Assembly (NCBI GenBank): GCA_963665235.2
Contig: CAXXLX010000001.1
Location: forward strand, 4,128,001 to 4,192,000
Direction of reading: 5' to 3'
Length of the DNA stretch: 64,000 nt
Source: Candidatus Poribacteria bacterium
GTDB taxonomy: Bacteria > Poribacteria > WGA-4E > WGA-3G
Below, piece by piece: positions 9,513 through 19,048 of this stretch (within the stretch, counting starts at the first letter, position 1; each line of letters starts with the position of its first letter). The notes beneath the pieces were generated by a model, which was given only the letters and a program-made list of their open reading frames with translations, did no database searches and was not told the DNA's origin. The position numbers were made by a program, and so were the translations under genes.

Positions 9513-10262
9513 ATGGTTAGCCGTCAAGACATTCAAGCAACATGTGATGACATCGTGCGCGAATTCGCACCGTTGCAGGTTATCCTATTCGGCTCCTATG
9601 CCTATGGCACCCCTACCGAACACTCCGATGTCGACCTGTTAGTTGTCATGCAGGTGCCGAAGGCGGAAACAAGAAACCAAGCCTCGGAAATAGAACAACG
9701 GATACCGCACCGGTTCAAAATTGACCTGCTCGTCCGTTCACCGGAAGAACTCGCCTATCGTATCTCATACAACGATTGGTTTCTACGAGAAATTACGGAG
9801 AGAGGTGAAGTCCTTTATGAAGCGGATGGATTTTATCCGAAACCCTATAAGAAAGAGAATACGCACATGAACCCACTAACACTGGAATGGATACAAAAAG
9901 CTGAGGCTGATTATGCTACAGCCCGATTAATTCAACGAGAAGGAGAACCCTCAATGCATGATGCTATATGCTTTCATGCACAGCAGTGTGTTGAAAAATA
10001 CCTAAAGGCGTGGCTTCAAGAGGAAAACACTTCTTTTTCCAGAACGCACAACTTGGCGGAACTCCTGAAGCTTATATTGCCATCAATACCTTTATGGGCA
10101 TCGTGGACAGCTGACCTCTCAACATTATCAAAACATGCAGTCGATACCCGGTATCCAGGCACTTCAGCAACTGATAGCGATGTAGAAGACGCAATGAAAA
10201 CCTGCGAAAAGGTCCGACAAGCTGTCCGAAAACAACTAAAACTTGCAGATAACAAACCCTGA
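9513..10262 (+). CDS. Fused minimal nucleotidyltransferase (MNT)-HEPN protein
   Basis: LFGSYAYG..SDVDL then ICFHAQQCVEKYLKA..THNL..TRYP; ATG 9513 follows AAGGAG. Confidence 0.9.
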   Translation: MVSRQDIQATCDDIVREFAPLQVILFGSYAYGTPTEHSDVDLLVVMQVPKAETRNQASEIEQRIPHRFKIDLLVRSPEELAYRISYNDWFLREITERGEVLYEADGFYPKPYKKENTHMNPLTLEWIQKAEADYATARLIQREGEPSMHDAICFHAQQCVEKYLKAWLQEENTSFSRTHNLAELLKLILPSIPLWASWTADLSTLSKHAVDTRYPGTSATDSDVEDAMKTCEKVRQAVRKQLKLADNKP

Positions 10263-10283
10263 CGCTGCTGAAGGAGAGACAGC

Positions 10284-10640
10284 ATGGTTAGCCGTCAAGA
10301 CATTCAAGCCACATGTGATGATATTGTGCGCGAGTTCGCACCGCTACAGGTTATCCTATTCGGCTCCTACGCCTATGGCACCCCTACGGAACATTCCGAT
10401 GTCGACCTGTTAGTTGTCATGCAGGTGCCGAAAGCGGAAACAAGAAATCAAGCCTCGGAAATACAAGAACGGATACCGCACCGGTTCAAAATTGACCTGC
10501 TCGTCCGTTCACCAGAAGAACTCGCCTATCGTATCTCATACAACGATTGGTTTCTACGAGAAATTACGGAGAGAGGTGAAGTCCTTTACGAAGCGGATGG
10601 ATTTTATCCGAAACCCATAAAAAAGAGAATACGCACATGA
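10284..10640 (+). CDS. Minimal nucleotidyltransferase (MNT), second copy
   Basis: LFGSYAYG..SDVDL; near-identical to the 5-prime half of 9513-10262. Confidence 0.9.
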   Translation: MVSRQDIQATCDDIVREFAPLQVILFGSYAYGTPTEHSDVDLLVVMQVPKAETRNQASEIQERIPHRFKIDLLVRSPEELAYRISYNDWFLREITERGEVLYEADGFYPKPIKKRIRT

Positions 10641-11023
10641 ACCCACTAACACTGGAATGGATACAAAAAGCTGAAGGCGATTACGATTCAGCACAGCAAC
10701 TGCTACACGGGCAAAATCCGGTGCCTCATGTTATCTGCTTCCTTGCACAGCAGTGTGTTGAAAAATATCTAAAGGCGTGGCTTCAAGAGGCAAAAATCCT
10801 CTTTTTGAGAACGCACAACCTACAGCAACTCCTAAGTCTGATACTGCCATCAATACCTTCATGGGCATCGTGGACAGCTGACCTCTCAACATTATCAAAA
10901 CATGCAGTCGATACCCGGTATCCAGGAGCTGCGGCAACTGTCAGCGATATGGAACATGCAATGAAAACCTGTGAAAAGGTCCGACAAGCGGTTCGAAAAC
11001 AACTAAAACTCCCCGCTAAATAG
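10637..11023 (+). CDS. HEPN domain protein, second copy
   Basis: WIQKAEGD..CFLAQQCVEKYLKA..THNL..TRYP; ATGA overlap with MNT. Confidence 0.9.
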   Translation: MNPLTLEWIQKAEGDYDSAQQLLHGQNPVPHVICFLAQQCVEKYLKAWLQEAKILFLRTHNLQQLLSLILPSIPSWASWTADLSTLSKHAVDTRYPGAAATVSDMEHAMKTCEKVRQAVRKQLKLPAK

Positions 11024-11035
11024 GAGGAAACGATT

Positions 11036-12919
11036 ATGAAATCTCAAGACATCGTCGAAAAACAGTACTATGAAGCTGTCGATGCACTTGTTGAAAAGGT
11101 AAAGAAAGACCCGTATATCCTCGCTGCTATCGTTGCGGGGAGCTTTTCTTATGCACAAGTGTGGGAACGCTCGGATTTGGACGTTGAACTTATCGGTAGA
11201 GATGACATTCGCCCGACAAAATCGTTTTTCTCACTTGTGGAAAATGGCGTGAATATACATGCCTGTTTGTCCCCACGTAATTCCTTTAAGAAGGAAATAG
11301 AGAGCGCGCAACAGGGCTCCTTCATGCATTCATATTTCTCTCATAGCACGCTTCTATTTTCACGCGACGCATCTATCGAAGAGTGGTACGATAAAAACGC
11401 AAGTCGCGACAGCATCGGCGAACGAGATAAGCAGCTGCAACTGCTGAATGTCATTGCCGAGACCTTGCCCAACCTTATCTACGCAGAAAAGCAGTTCTAC
11501 GTTAACGGCGATGTGATAACCTGTTTCTTGTCACTCCTGAATGTTGTGCAAGGATTAGCACAGATAGAGCTGCTGCTGAACAATCAAATTCCAGCACGCG
11601 AAGTTATCCAACCGGCACTTAAGTTCAACCCCGAATTCTTTGAGCATGTCTATACCGACCTGATTAATTGTGAGAAAAACGAGTCGGTCATCCAAGACAC
11701 GCTTGATGCTGTTAATTCATACATCGACGAGCGTCAATTTATCTTCCAACCGATTATAGATTATCTCGCTGAGCAAAAAGGGGCACGGACAAACTCTGAG
11801 CTGAACATTCATTTTCGGACAAAATTTCGCGATGCCTCCGTAGATGTGATATGTCAATGGTTAACTTGGAAAGGGATTATCGAGCAGGTATCCACGCCAA
11901 TGAAAATCAGTGTCAAAAGTCAAATTGCGGTAGAAGAACCGGCGTACTATTACGATGATAGTACAGAACAAAAAGTGCTAACACCGCGTCTGAAAGCGGA
12001 CATCTCACCACAGATTCACGACGCGCTGGACAGCTTTATCGGGACAATTGAACAGGACCGCTACATCCTCGCCGCAGTTCTCACTAGCAACCTCGCGGAA
12101 GACAACGTGTGGGAGAAAACAATCGTTCAGATTACGCTTATTATGAGAGATGGCACAAAGTTGTCACAAAAAGCGTGTCAATTAATCGAAGCGGGGGTAC
12201 CGATTCGAGTGAGACTCTACACCCGTGGCGAGTATAGAAAGATGATAGAAAAGGCACTACAGGGGAGCCGCATCCATAGCATCCTTGCCGACAGTGAAAT
12301 CCTCTATTCCAAAGACCCAACGCTTGCCGAGCTACATAAAGACCTCAATGCCATCGGAGAACGCGATAAACAATCGCAACTCTTTAGTGCTGCAGGCGGT
12401 TTAACAGCAATACTCGACAAAACAGAAAAGTGGTTTCACGTCAAACAGGATTATGACTATACGTTTTACTATTTAATGTTTGCGGTCCGAGAATTAGCAC
12501 GGATTGAAACCCTCATGCAGGGGGAAGTCCCGAAACGGAAGGTCATCTATCAAGGTATTAAGCATAATCCGAAGCTGTTTAATGCCCTTTTCACCGATAT
12601 TATTGATGTACCGAAAGATGAGATGCTCCTCCGAAACGTTTTAAAGCAGATTGACGTATACCTACTAGACAACGTCCAGACACTTTTCAAACCGTTACTC
12701 GATTTTTTAGAGCACACGGGGGGCGAATCCGCACTGTCCGATATATATGACCACTTCGGAAATCGAGACTTGTGGTCCGCAATCGTCATGGCGTGTGAGT
12801 GGCTTTCCCATAAGGGTATCCTTGAGCAGTTTTCTGCCCCACTCCGTTTAACCATGGACAGTAAGGTCTCGGTTGAAGAGCCTGCCTACTATTACGACGC
12901 TGACAATCCGTTTCTGTAG
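11036..12919 (+). CDS. Internally duplicated YgxA/NTF-like nucleotidyltransferase-fold protein
   Basis: Two ~310-aa repeats each ending VEEPAYYYD; first has GSFSYAQVWERSDLDV; AGGAGG RBS. Confidence 0.75.
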   Translation: MKSQDIVEKQYYEAVDALVEKVKKDPYILAAIVAGSFSYAQVWERSDLDVELIGRDDIRPTKSFFSLVENGVNIHACLSPRNSFKKEIESAQQGSFMHSYFSHSTLLFSRDASIEEWYDKNASRDSIGERDKQLQLLNVIAETLPNLIYAEKQFYVNGDVITCFLSLLNVVQGLAQIELLLNNQIPAREVIQPALKFNPEFFEHVYTDLINCEKNESVIQDTLDAVNSYIDERQFIFQPIIDYLAEQKGARTNSELNIHFRTKFRDASVDVICQWLTWKGIIEQVSTPMKISVKSQIAVEEPAYYYDDSTEQKVLTPRLKADISPQIHDALDSFIGTIEQDRYILAAVLTSNLAEDNVWEKTIVQITLIMRDGTKLSQKACQLIEAGVPIRVRLYTRGEYRKMIEKALQGSRIHSILADSEILYSKDPTLAELHKDLNAIGERDKQSQLFSAAGGLTAILDKTEKWFHVKQDYDYTFYYLMFAVRELARIETLMQGEVPKRKVIYQGIKHNPKLFNALFTDIIDVPKDEMLLRNVLKQIDVYLLDNVQTLFKPLLDFLEHTGGESALSDIYDHFGNRDLWSAIVMACEWLSHKGILEQFSAPLRLTMDSKVSVEEPAYYYDADNPFL

Positions 12920-12985
12920 TTTGGCAATTGCCATAAGCCATAAGCCAGCGAAGCCAATTAATCAATAGCTAGAAAGGAGAATTTT

Positions 12986-15856
12986 ATGAGACAATCTATC
13001 GCTGTCAAAGGGGCACGAGAAAATAATCTACAAAACATAGAACTTGAAATTCCACGCGACCAGCTCGTCGTCGTTACAGGCATCAGCGGGTCCGGCAAAT
13101 CTTCATTGGCATTTGACACCGTCTATGCTGAAGGACAACGCCGATTCCTTGAATCCATGTCCACGTATGCCAAACGGTTCATCACACAGTTGAAAAAACC
13201 GGATGTGGATTTTATTGATGGGTTATCGCCGGTGGTTTCCATTGAACAGAAAACGGTGACGATGAATCCACGTTCCACTGTCGGCACGATGACCGATTTG
13301 CAAGACTATCTACGCATGCTCTTTGCAACTATCGGCGTTTCGCACTGCCCTTACTGTGAAAAGGAAATCCCAATACGGTCTCACCATCAGATTTTGGAAC
13401 GGCTGCTCTCGTTTCCAGAGGATACCGAAGTAGAAATTCATGCACCTGTCTTCAAAATCTACGGCGAAGATTACGAATACCTCTTTGACGATGTCCGAAC
13501 CAAAGGATGCCGACACGTCCGAATTGATGGCGTTGAACACGACATAAGCGAAGAAATTGAATTGGATGAGGATAAGGTATACGACATTCAGGTCATCGTT
13601 GATAAATTCTTTGTCGCCAAGGATATTGACAAACAGGTTTTAGCCTCACTTGAACACGCAATGCTGGTCGGAGAAGGCTTCATGCGGTTTGACGCAGTTG
13701 TTCCTGACGATGAAGACACCGACCCGAACGAATTCCTCGCTGATTTCGGATGCCATGAACACGGGGTGTTGATGTGCGACTTAGGGCCACACCACTTTAC
13801 CTTTAATGAACCGACTGGGGCTTGTGTAACCTGCTCCGGGCTCGGCACCTATCTCCAGGTCCATCCAAATCTACTCGTCCCCGACAAAACACGGAGCATT
13901 GCAGAAGGAGCCTTCGTCCACCAAGCCTTTAACTACGACCCCGATAGATGGGATGGACGCATGATGTACAGCCTTGCCCAACATTATAAATTCGACCTGG
14001 ATATGCCTTTTTGTGACCTTTCTGACGAAGTTGTGGATATTGTGTTCTACGGCACACGCGGCGAGGAATTTCCGCTCTGCCAAGCGGAAGGCGCAAAACC
14101 GATGCAGGAACGACATATCGGCATGCCGGTCCGATTTGATGGTATCATCACACGCATTGATAGGCGGTACCGAAACTACCGAAAACAGGGGGAAGCACAC
14201 TCTGGGATGGAGGAATATCTCCGAAAAGTGATGGTAGAACATACATGTCCCGATTGCCACGGTGCCAAACTTAAAAGGCAACGCCTTCTCGTTACCGTTG
14301 ACGATAAGACTATCCACGAAGTAGGCGAATTGCACTTTGAGCAGTTACGGGATTTCTTATCCGCAATTCAGCACATTCCCGAAAAACAGCGCGAAGCCGG
14401 CGAACGGGTTATCAAAGAACTCGTCGGTCGAATTACCCTACTACTCGGCATCGGACTGGATTACCTGAACCTTAATCGACGCTCCGCAACGCTTTCCGGT
14501 GGGGAATCCCAGCGGATTCGGCTCTCCACCCAAATCGGCTCGGGGTTAATGGGAATGCTCTACGTCCTTGACGAACCAAGCATCGGTTTGCACCCGAAAG
14601 ACAACGTCAAGATGATTGAAACCCTACACAAACTGCGCGACATCGGGAACACTGTCATTGTTGTCGAACACGACGAAAGCACTATTCGCGCAGCAGACCA
14701 TATCATTGAGATGGGGCCAGGCCCAGGTGTCCACGGCGGGCATGTTGTCATCCAGGGGACGTTCGAAAAGATTATTAAAAGCGATGATTCCTTAACGGGG
14801 CTCTATATGAGCGGAAAACGGGAGATTCCCATGCCTGAAGCGCGGCGGACCTCCAACGGCAACCTCCTGAAAATTACAGGGGCAAGAGAGAACAATCTGA
14901 AGGATATCAATGTCGAACTTCCGTTAGGTATGTTTATCTGCATTACCGGCGCGTCCGGCTCCGGCAAAAGCACGCTTGTCAACGAGATTATCTACAAACG
15001 GCTCTATTCTCTCTATCATGACAGCCGTACGCTTTACGGGGACCACGATTCCCTTGAAGGACACGAAAATATCAGCGATGTGATTAACATAGACCAATCC
15101 CCGATTGGACGTTCCCCGCGTTCTAACCCCGCCACGTATATCGGTTTTTACGATAACATTCGTAAACTCTTTGCAAGCACTCGCCTAGCAGTCGCCCGAG
15201 AGTATACCGCCTCGCGATTCAGTTTTAACGTCAAAGGCGGACGCTGCGAAGAGTGTCACGGTGAAGGCACAATTACGACACAACTCCATTTCATGCCGGA
15301 CGTTGAGGTGGTCTGTCCAACCTGTAAAAGTGCACGTTACAATCAGGACACGCTGGATGTAACCTACAACGACAAGAATATCTCCGAAATTTTGGATATG
15401 TCTATTGAGGAAGGGGTTGAATTTTTTGCCGACCAGCGGTTAATTCATCACAAATTGAACGTTCTCAACCAGCTCGGTCTGGGATACCTCCAAATAGGGC
15501 ATCCCGCTCCTATTCTTTCGGGCGGCGAAGCGCAGCGGATTAAACTCGCAAGCGAACTCGGCAAAATTAAACGGGGCAAACACAACCTCTATATCCTTGA
15601 TGAACCGACGACCGGATTGCATCTTGCGGATATCCAGAAACTCTTAGATAGCCTCAGCCGCCTCGTAGATAGTGGACACACGGTTATCGTGATTGAACAC
15701 CATCTGGACGTAATTAAGACTGCCGATTATGTGATTGACCTCGGACCAGAGGGGGGGCATAAAGGCGGTGAGGTATTGGCACGAGGTGCCCCCGAGGAAA
15801 TAGCGAAGGTGCGGAAATCATTCACAGGACAATTTTTAAAGGAGCATCTTGTTTAG
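12986..15856 (+). CDS. uvrA: Excinuclease ABC subunit A (divergent UvrA homologue)
   Basis: Two ABC cassettes ([21 protein letters not shown] twice), CxxC zinc motifs, RSNPATY. Confidence 0.92.
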   Translation: MRQSIAVKGARENNLQNIELEIPRDQLVVVTGISGSGKSSLAFDTVYAEGQRRFLESMSTYAKRFITQLKKPDVDFIDGLSPVVSIEQKTVTMNPRSTVGTMTDLQDYLRMLFATIGVSHCPYCEKEIPIRSHHQILERLLSFPEDTEVEIHAPVFKIYGEDYEYLFDDVRTKGCRHVRIDGVEHDISEEIELDEDKVYDIQVIVDKFFVAKDIDKQVLASLEHAMLVGEGFMRFDAVVPDDEDTDPNEFLADFGCHEHGVLMCDLGPHHFTFNEPTGACVTCSGLGTYLQVHPNLLVPDKTRSIAEGAFVHQAFNYDPDRWDGRMMYSLAQHYKFDLDMPFCDLSDEVVDIVFYGTRGEEFPLCQAEGAKPMQERHIGMPVRFDGIITRIDRRYRNYRKQGEAHSGMEEYLRKVMVEHTCPDCHGAKLKRQRLLVTVDDKTIHEVGELHFEQLRDFLSAIQHIPEKQREAGERVIKELVGRITLLLGIGLDYLNLNRRSATLSGGESQRIRLSTQIGSGLMGMLYVLDEPSIGLHPKDNVKMIETLHKLRDIGNTVIVVEHDESTIRAADHIIEMGPGPGVHGGHVVIQGTFEKIIKSDDSLTGLYMSGKREIPMPEARRTSNGNLLKITGARENNLKDINVELPLGMFICITGASGSGKSTLVNEIIYKRLYSLYHDSRTLYGDHDSLEGHENISDVINIDQSPIGRSPRSNPATYIGFYDNIRKLFASTRLAVAREYTASRFSFNVKGGRCEECHGEGTITTQLHFMPDVEVVCPTCKSARYNQDTLDVTYNDKNISEILDMSIEEGVEFFADQRLIHHKLNVLNQLGLGYLQIGHPAPILSGGEAQRIKLASELGKIKRGKHNLYILDEPTTGLHLADIQKLLDSLSRLVDSGHTVIVIEHHLDVIKTADYVIDLGPEGGHKGGEVLARGAPEEIAKVRKSFTGQFLKEHLV

Positions 15857-15917
15857 ACCAATACCTACAACGGGTGATAAATCACCGGACTACGAACGCC
15901 CAGTTTATGGCTCTTTG

Positions 15918-16472
15918 TCATTTTGAGAAGGGAAATTGCTCTGCAACCACAAACCGGTTATCTGTTTCAGGGGCTCTGTAGATGAGACTAAGTGCTGTGA
16001 TTTCACACTGTATCGGCTGCCATTCGGTTTGAAGACGTTGCTGCTCAGCACGGAGCGAACGATGCTGGAATTGCCCGACTGAAAGGTGCGGGTGGAATCC
16101 ACCAGCATATCGTCCAGTGTCGTCGTAGTCCGGCAGATGTTGGACGAGAACGGTGTGGAGCTGCACAATCTCGTTCATCGGTTCGGGAACAAGGAAAAGG
16201 GTCGCCGATTTTCGGTGTCGGAAAGCGTTAAAACGTGCTAGTTCAATAGAAAAGGCGGTCTTTTGTTGCGCCGTTTTCGCAAGTGCGGGAATTACGTCTG
16301 CGAAATGCTCTCGCGCGGCGAATGGATAGAGCAACGTTATGTGCGGCATCCAACGTTCAAAGTTCCGGTCGTGGATTCGGCGGACCGCTTGAATGGATGG
16401 TTGTACGGACATCGGCGGAATGAGCACAACAGCCGTAGTGTGCGTTTTGCTAAGCATATCATCAAGTGGCAC
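15918..16472 (-). CDS. 2H phosphoesterase (2-5 RNA ligase superfamily)
   Basis: Paired HITL and HLSV motifs. Confidence 0.85.
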   Translation of the reverse strand: MPLDDMLSKTHTTAVVLIPPMSVQPSIQAVRRIHDRNFERWMPHITLLYPFAAREHFADVIPALAKTAQQKTAFSIELARFNAFRHRKSATLFLVPEPMNEIVQLHTVLVQHLPDYDDTGRYAGGFHPHLSVGQFQHRSLRAEQQRLQTEWQPIQCEITALSLIYRAPETDNRFVVAEQFPFSK

Positions 16473-16512
16473 AAACTAACAGTTTATGAGAATCGGATTT
16501 AGATGGGCTAAC

Positions 16513-16535
16513 GGGCGAGGTGACCTCGCCCCTAC
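16513..16535 (-). repeat. GTAG-type REP hairpin, possibly terminator-like
   Basis: GGGCGAGG-TGA-CCTCGCCC-CTAC. Confidence 0.75.
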
Positions 16536-16549
16536 GATGTTATCGTTAG

Positions 16550-17725
16550 TTAGGGTTTAAAAATTTTGTAGAGTTCTATCTGTCCATCCCGAATTATGTG
16601 GATTGCACTGCTTTTGAGAGGGTGGCGCTCAGCGTCATAACCCGCGATAGCAGAGGCACCTTGGTAGTCGGTGATATTTGCTAACGCGTCTCGGACCGCA
16701 GTGGGTTCTAACGTTCCAGCATTCTCCATAGCAGTCGCTAATAAAGACATGGCATCGTAGCCCCAGGCTGCGGTGCCATCTGGCGGTACCCCAAACATTG
16801 CAGTGTAGGCTTGGACAAAGGGTGCGGCGTTGGGAGCTTCCGCGCTGAAATCTCTGAAAAAGTAAGCACCCTCTAGAGGGGCATTGTCGGTTAGGGTGCC
16901 GAGAAGTCTTTCCGCTTCATCCCAACCGTTGCCTCCGATGAAGGTTGCTTCGATGTCCATGCTTCTCGCTTGCGCTATCAATAGGGGAACTTCTGGGTTA
17001 AAACTGGCTGCGAAGATGACTTCTGCGTCCGCCGCTTTAATTTTCATCAGCTGGGTGTCAAAGGTTTTATCACCGAGTTGATAGACTTCGGTAGCGACAA
17101 TTTTGCCGCCGAGTTTCTGAAAATTCTCCGCAAAAGCGGTAGCAACACTCTCGGAGTATGCGTCGTTGGTTTGACGAATAGTTGCTGCAGTTTTTGCCCC
17201 AACCTCAGTCTCATCGAATGCCAAACGTGCAAGCACCCGCCCTTGGACAGAAGAGGGTGTTGCGACAAGGAAAACAAACTCCCCCCCAACGCTAGTCACG
17301 GTGTGTCCGGATGAACAGGGAATCATCGGGCGTTGCAGCTGCGTGACGACGGGCCCAACCTTGAGAGAATTAGAGGAGAAAATAGGACCGAGCATTGCAA
17401 CAACCCCCTCCTGCTCAATGAGTTCCCTTGCAAGCCGGACACTCTCCGCCGCATCTGGACGCGGGAGGTCGCCTTGGTTATCCCGAACGAGAAATTCAAC
17501 TTTCATCCCAAGTATGCCGCTGCTCTCGTTGCGTTGCGCTTTCGCGAGTTGGGCACCCTTGCTAAAACTGATAGCGACTCCCGATGGCTGAATTACACCA
17601 ATTTTCACAGTAGATGGACCATCTGGTGGGGTTACGGTCTGCTTAACGCGTTCACACCCTGAAAAGGGGATAACTAATATTGAGATTAAGATGAGCAAAG
17701 TTAGTGGAAAAATTTTTGTGTTCAC
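16550..17725 (-). CDS. Branched-chain amino acid-type ABC substrate-binding lipoprotein
   Basis: Lipobox FSGC, LGPIFS, WGYDA; GTG 17725 follows AAGGAG. Confidence 0.85.
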   Translation of the reverse strand: MNTKIFPLTLLILISILVIPFSGCERVKQTVTPPDGPSTVKIGVIQPSGVAISFSKGAQLAKAQRNESSGILGMKVEFLVRDNQGDLPRPDAAESVRLARELIEQEGVVAMLGPIFSSNSLKVGPVVTQLQRPMIPCSSGHTVTSVGGEFVFLVATPSSVQGRVLARLAFDETEVGAKTAATIRQTNDAYSESVATAFAENFQKLGGKIVATEVYQLGDKTFDTQLMKIKAADAEVIFAASFNPEVPLLIAQARSMDIEATFIGGNGWDEAERLLGTLTDNAPLEGAYFFRDFSAEAPNAAPFVQAYTAMFGVPPDGTAAWGYDAMSLLATAMENAGTLEPTAVRDALANITDYQGASAIAGYDAERHPLKSSAIHIIRDGQIELYKIFKP

Positions 17726-17774
17726 TATTGACTCCTTACTAAGATAAACGGTACACGGCGTGTACCTACTACCA

Positions 17775-18551
17775 TTAAGCCTTTGCGGCGGTCCCGCCAT
17801 CGACTATGAGGGCGGTACCGGTAATCCATTCGGCATCATCGGATGCAAAGAAGACGGCTGCGCGGCCGATGTCTCTTGGTAATCCTAAACGGGCAAGTGG
17901 GGTCTTTTCCAACGCTTGTTCAACCTGTTCCGGTGTGAGGTAGTCTTGAATAGCTGTCTCAATATAACCGGGGCAGATAGCGTTGACAGTTATGCCGAAT
18001 TGACCGACCTCTAATGCGGTGTCTCTGGTCATATTGACGACCGCGGCTTTTGCTGGCGCGTAAGCGGGCCCCGCACCGCCACCGTAGGCATGAACAGAGG
18101 CAATTTGAATAATCCGACCAAATTTTGAGTGTTTCAGGTACGGAATGGCGAGTTTCGTTGCGACAAAAACGCCACGCAGATTAACACTAACAACCTTGTC
18201 CCAATCAGCGATAGAGATGTCTTGTGAGCTGCCGGGAATATGGATGCCAGCGTTGTTGACTATAACATCCAGCCCGCCAAAATGTTCGACGGTTTGCAGA
18301 ATTAACCGTTGGATTTGCGCTTCGTCGGACACGTCGGTTTGGCAAAATATTCCGGTCGCTCCTAATTTCTCAATTTCTGCGACAGTTGAGATTGTGACAT
18401 TCCGCTGGTGATATTTGCCGCGAAGGGGTGTTTCCTGCTTATCTGCAATAACGATGTGTGCTCCCTCGCGCGCGAACTCAAGTGCGATGCCGCGGCCGAT
18501 GCCCGAGCTTCCGCCGGTTACGATGCAGATACGCCCTTTAAGTACCATCAA
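17775..18551 (-). CDS. SDR family oxidoreductase (FabG-like)
   Basis: TGGSSGIG, NNAG, YAPAK. Confidence 0.92.
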   Translation of the reverse strand: MMVLKGRICIVTGGSSGIGRGIALEFAREGAHIVIADKQETPLRGKYHQRNVTISTVAEIEKLGATGIFCQTDVSDEAQIQRLILQTVEHFGGLDVIVNNAGIHIPGSSQDISIADWDKVVSVNLRGVFVATKLAIPYLKHSKFGRIIQIASVHAYGGGAGPAYAPAKAAVVNMTRDTALEVGQFGITVNAICPGYIETAIQDYLTPEQVEQALEKTPLARLGLPRDIGRAAVFFASDDAEWITGTALIVDGGTAAKA

Positions 18552-19048
18552 AGTTCTCCTTAGTTCTGGTGGATTACCGGTAGTGTTATTTGCCTACGTA
18601 TACCCAAGTTGCTACTTATAAGTTTTTAGACCTGGAAACACCGTCTTTAATGAAAATATGCTGAGAATTAGCTAATATTTGTCCCGTTCACTTCCAATTT
18701 GCACACAAATATGCACAATCTGGAAGATTATGCTACTAAATATTATATCCTATTTTCCAAAATTTCTGCAACACTCTCCGCGATACGGAGGGGTGTGTCC
18801 ACTTTTCGGAGGATCAAAGGATAGGGGCAGGAATGGAGGCGTGGAAACACAAAATGACGTGTATGTTTTTTGGAGATATGCCACCGTTATAGGCCCCGCC
18901 TACGCTCAGCCCCCAAATAACCCATCGTCATTTACAAACGGTGGAGGACTACACGGGAGATTGATACATAAGTACAAAATATTTACCACCCGCGATACGC
19001 TCCTCTATTAGCAGCGTGCCACAGTTTTTAAGGTTTGGCCGCATTGCG

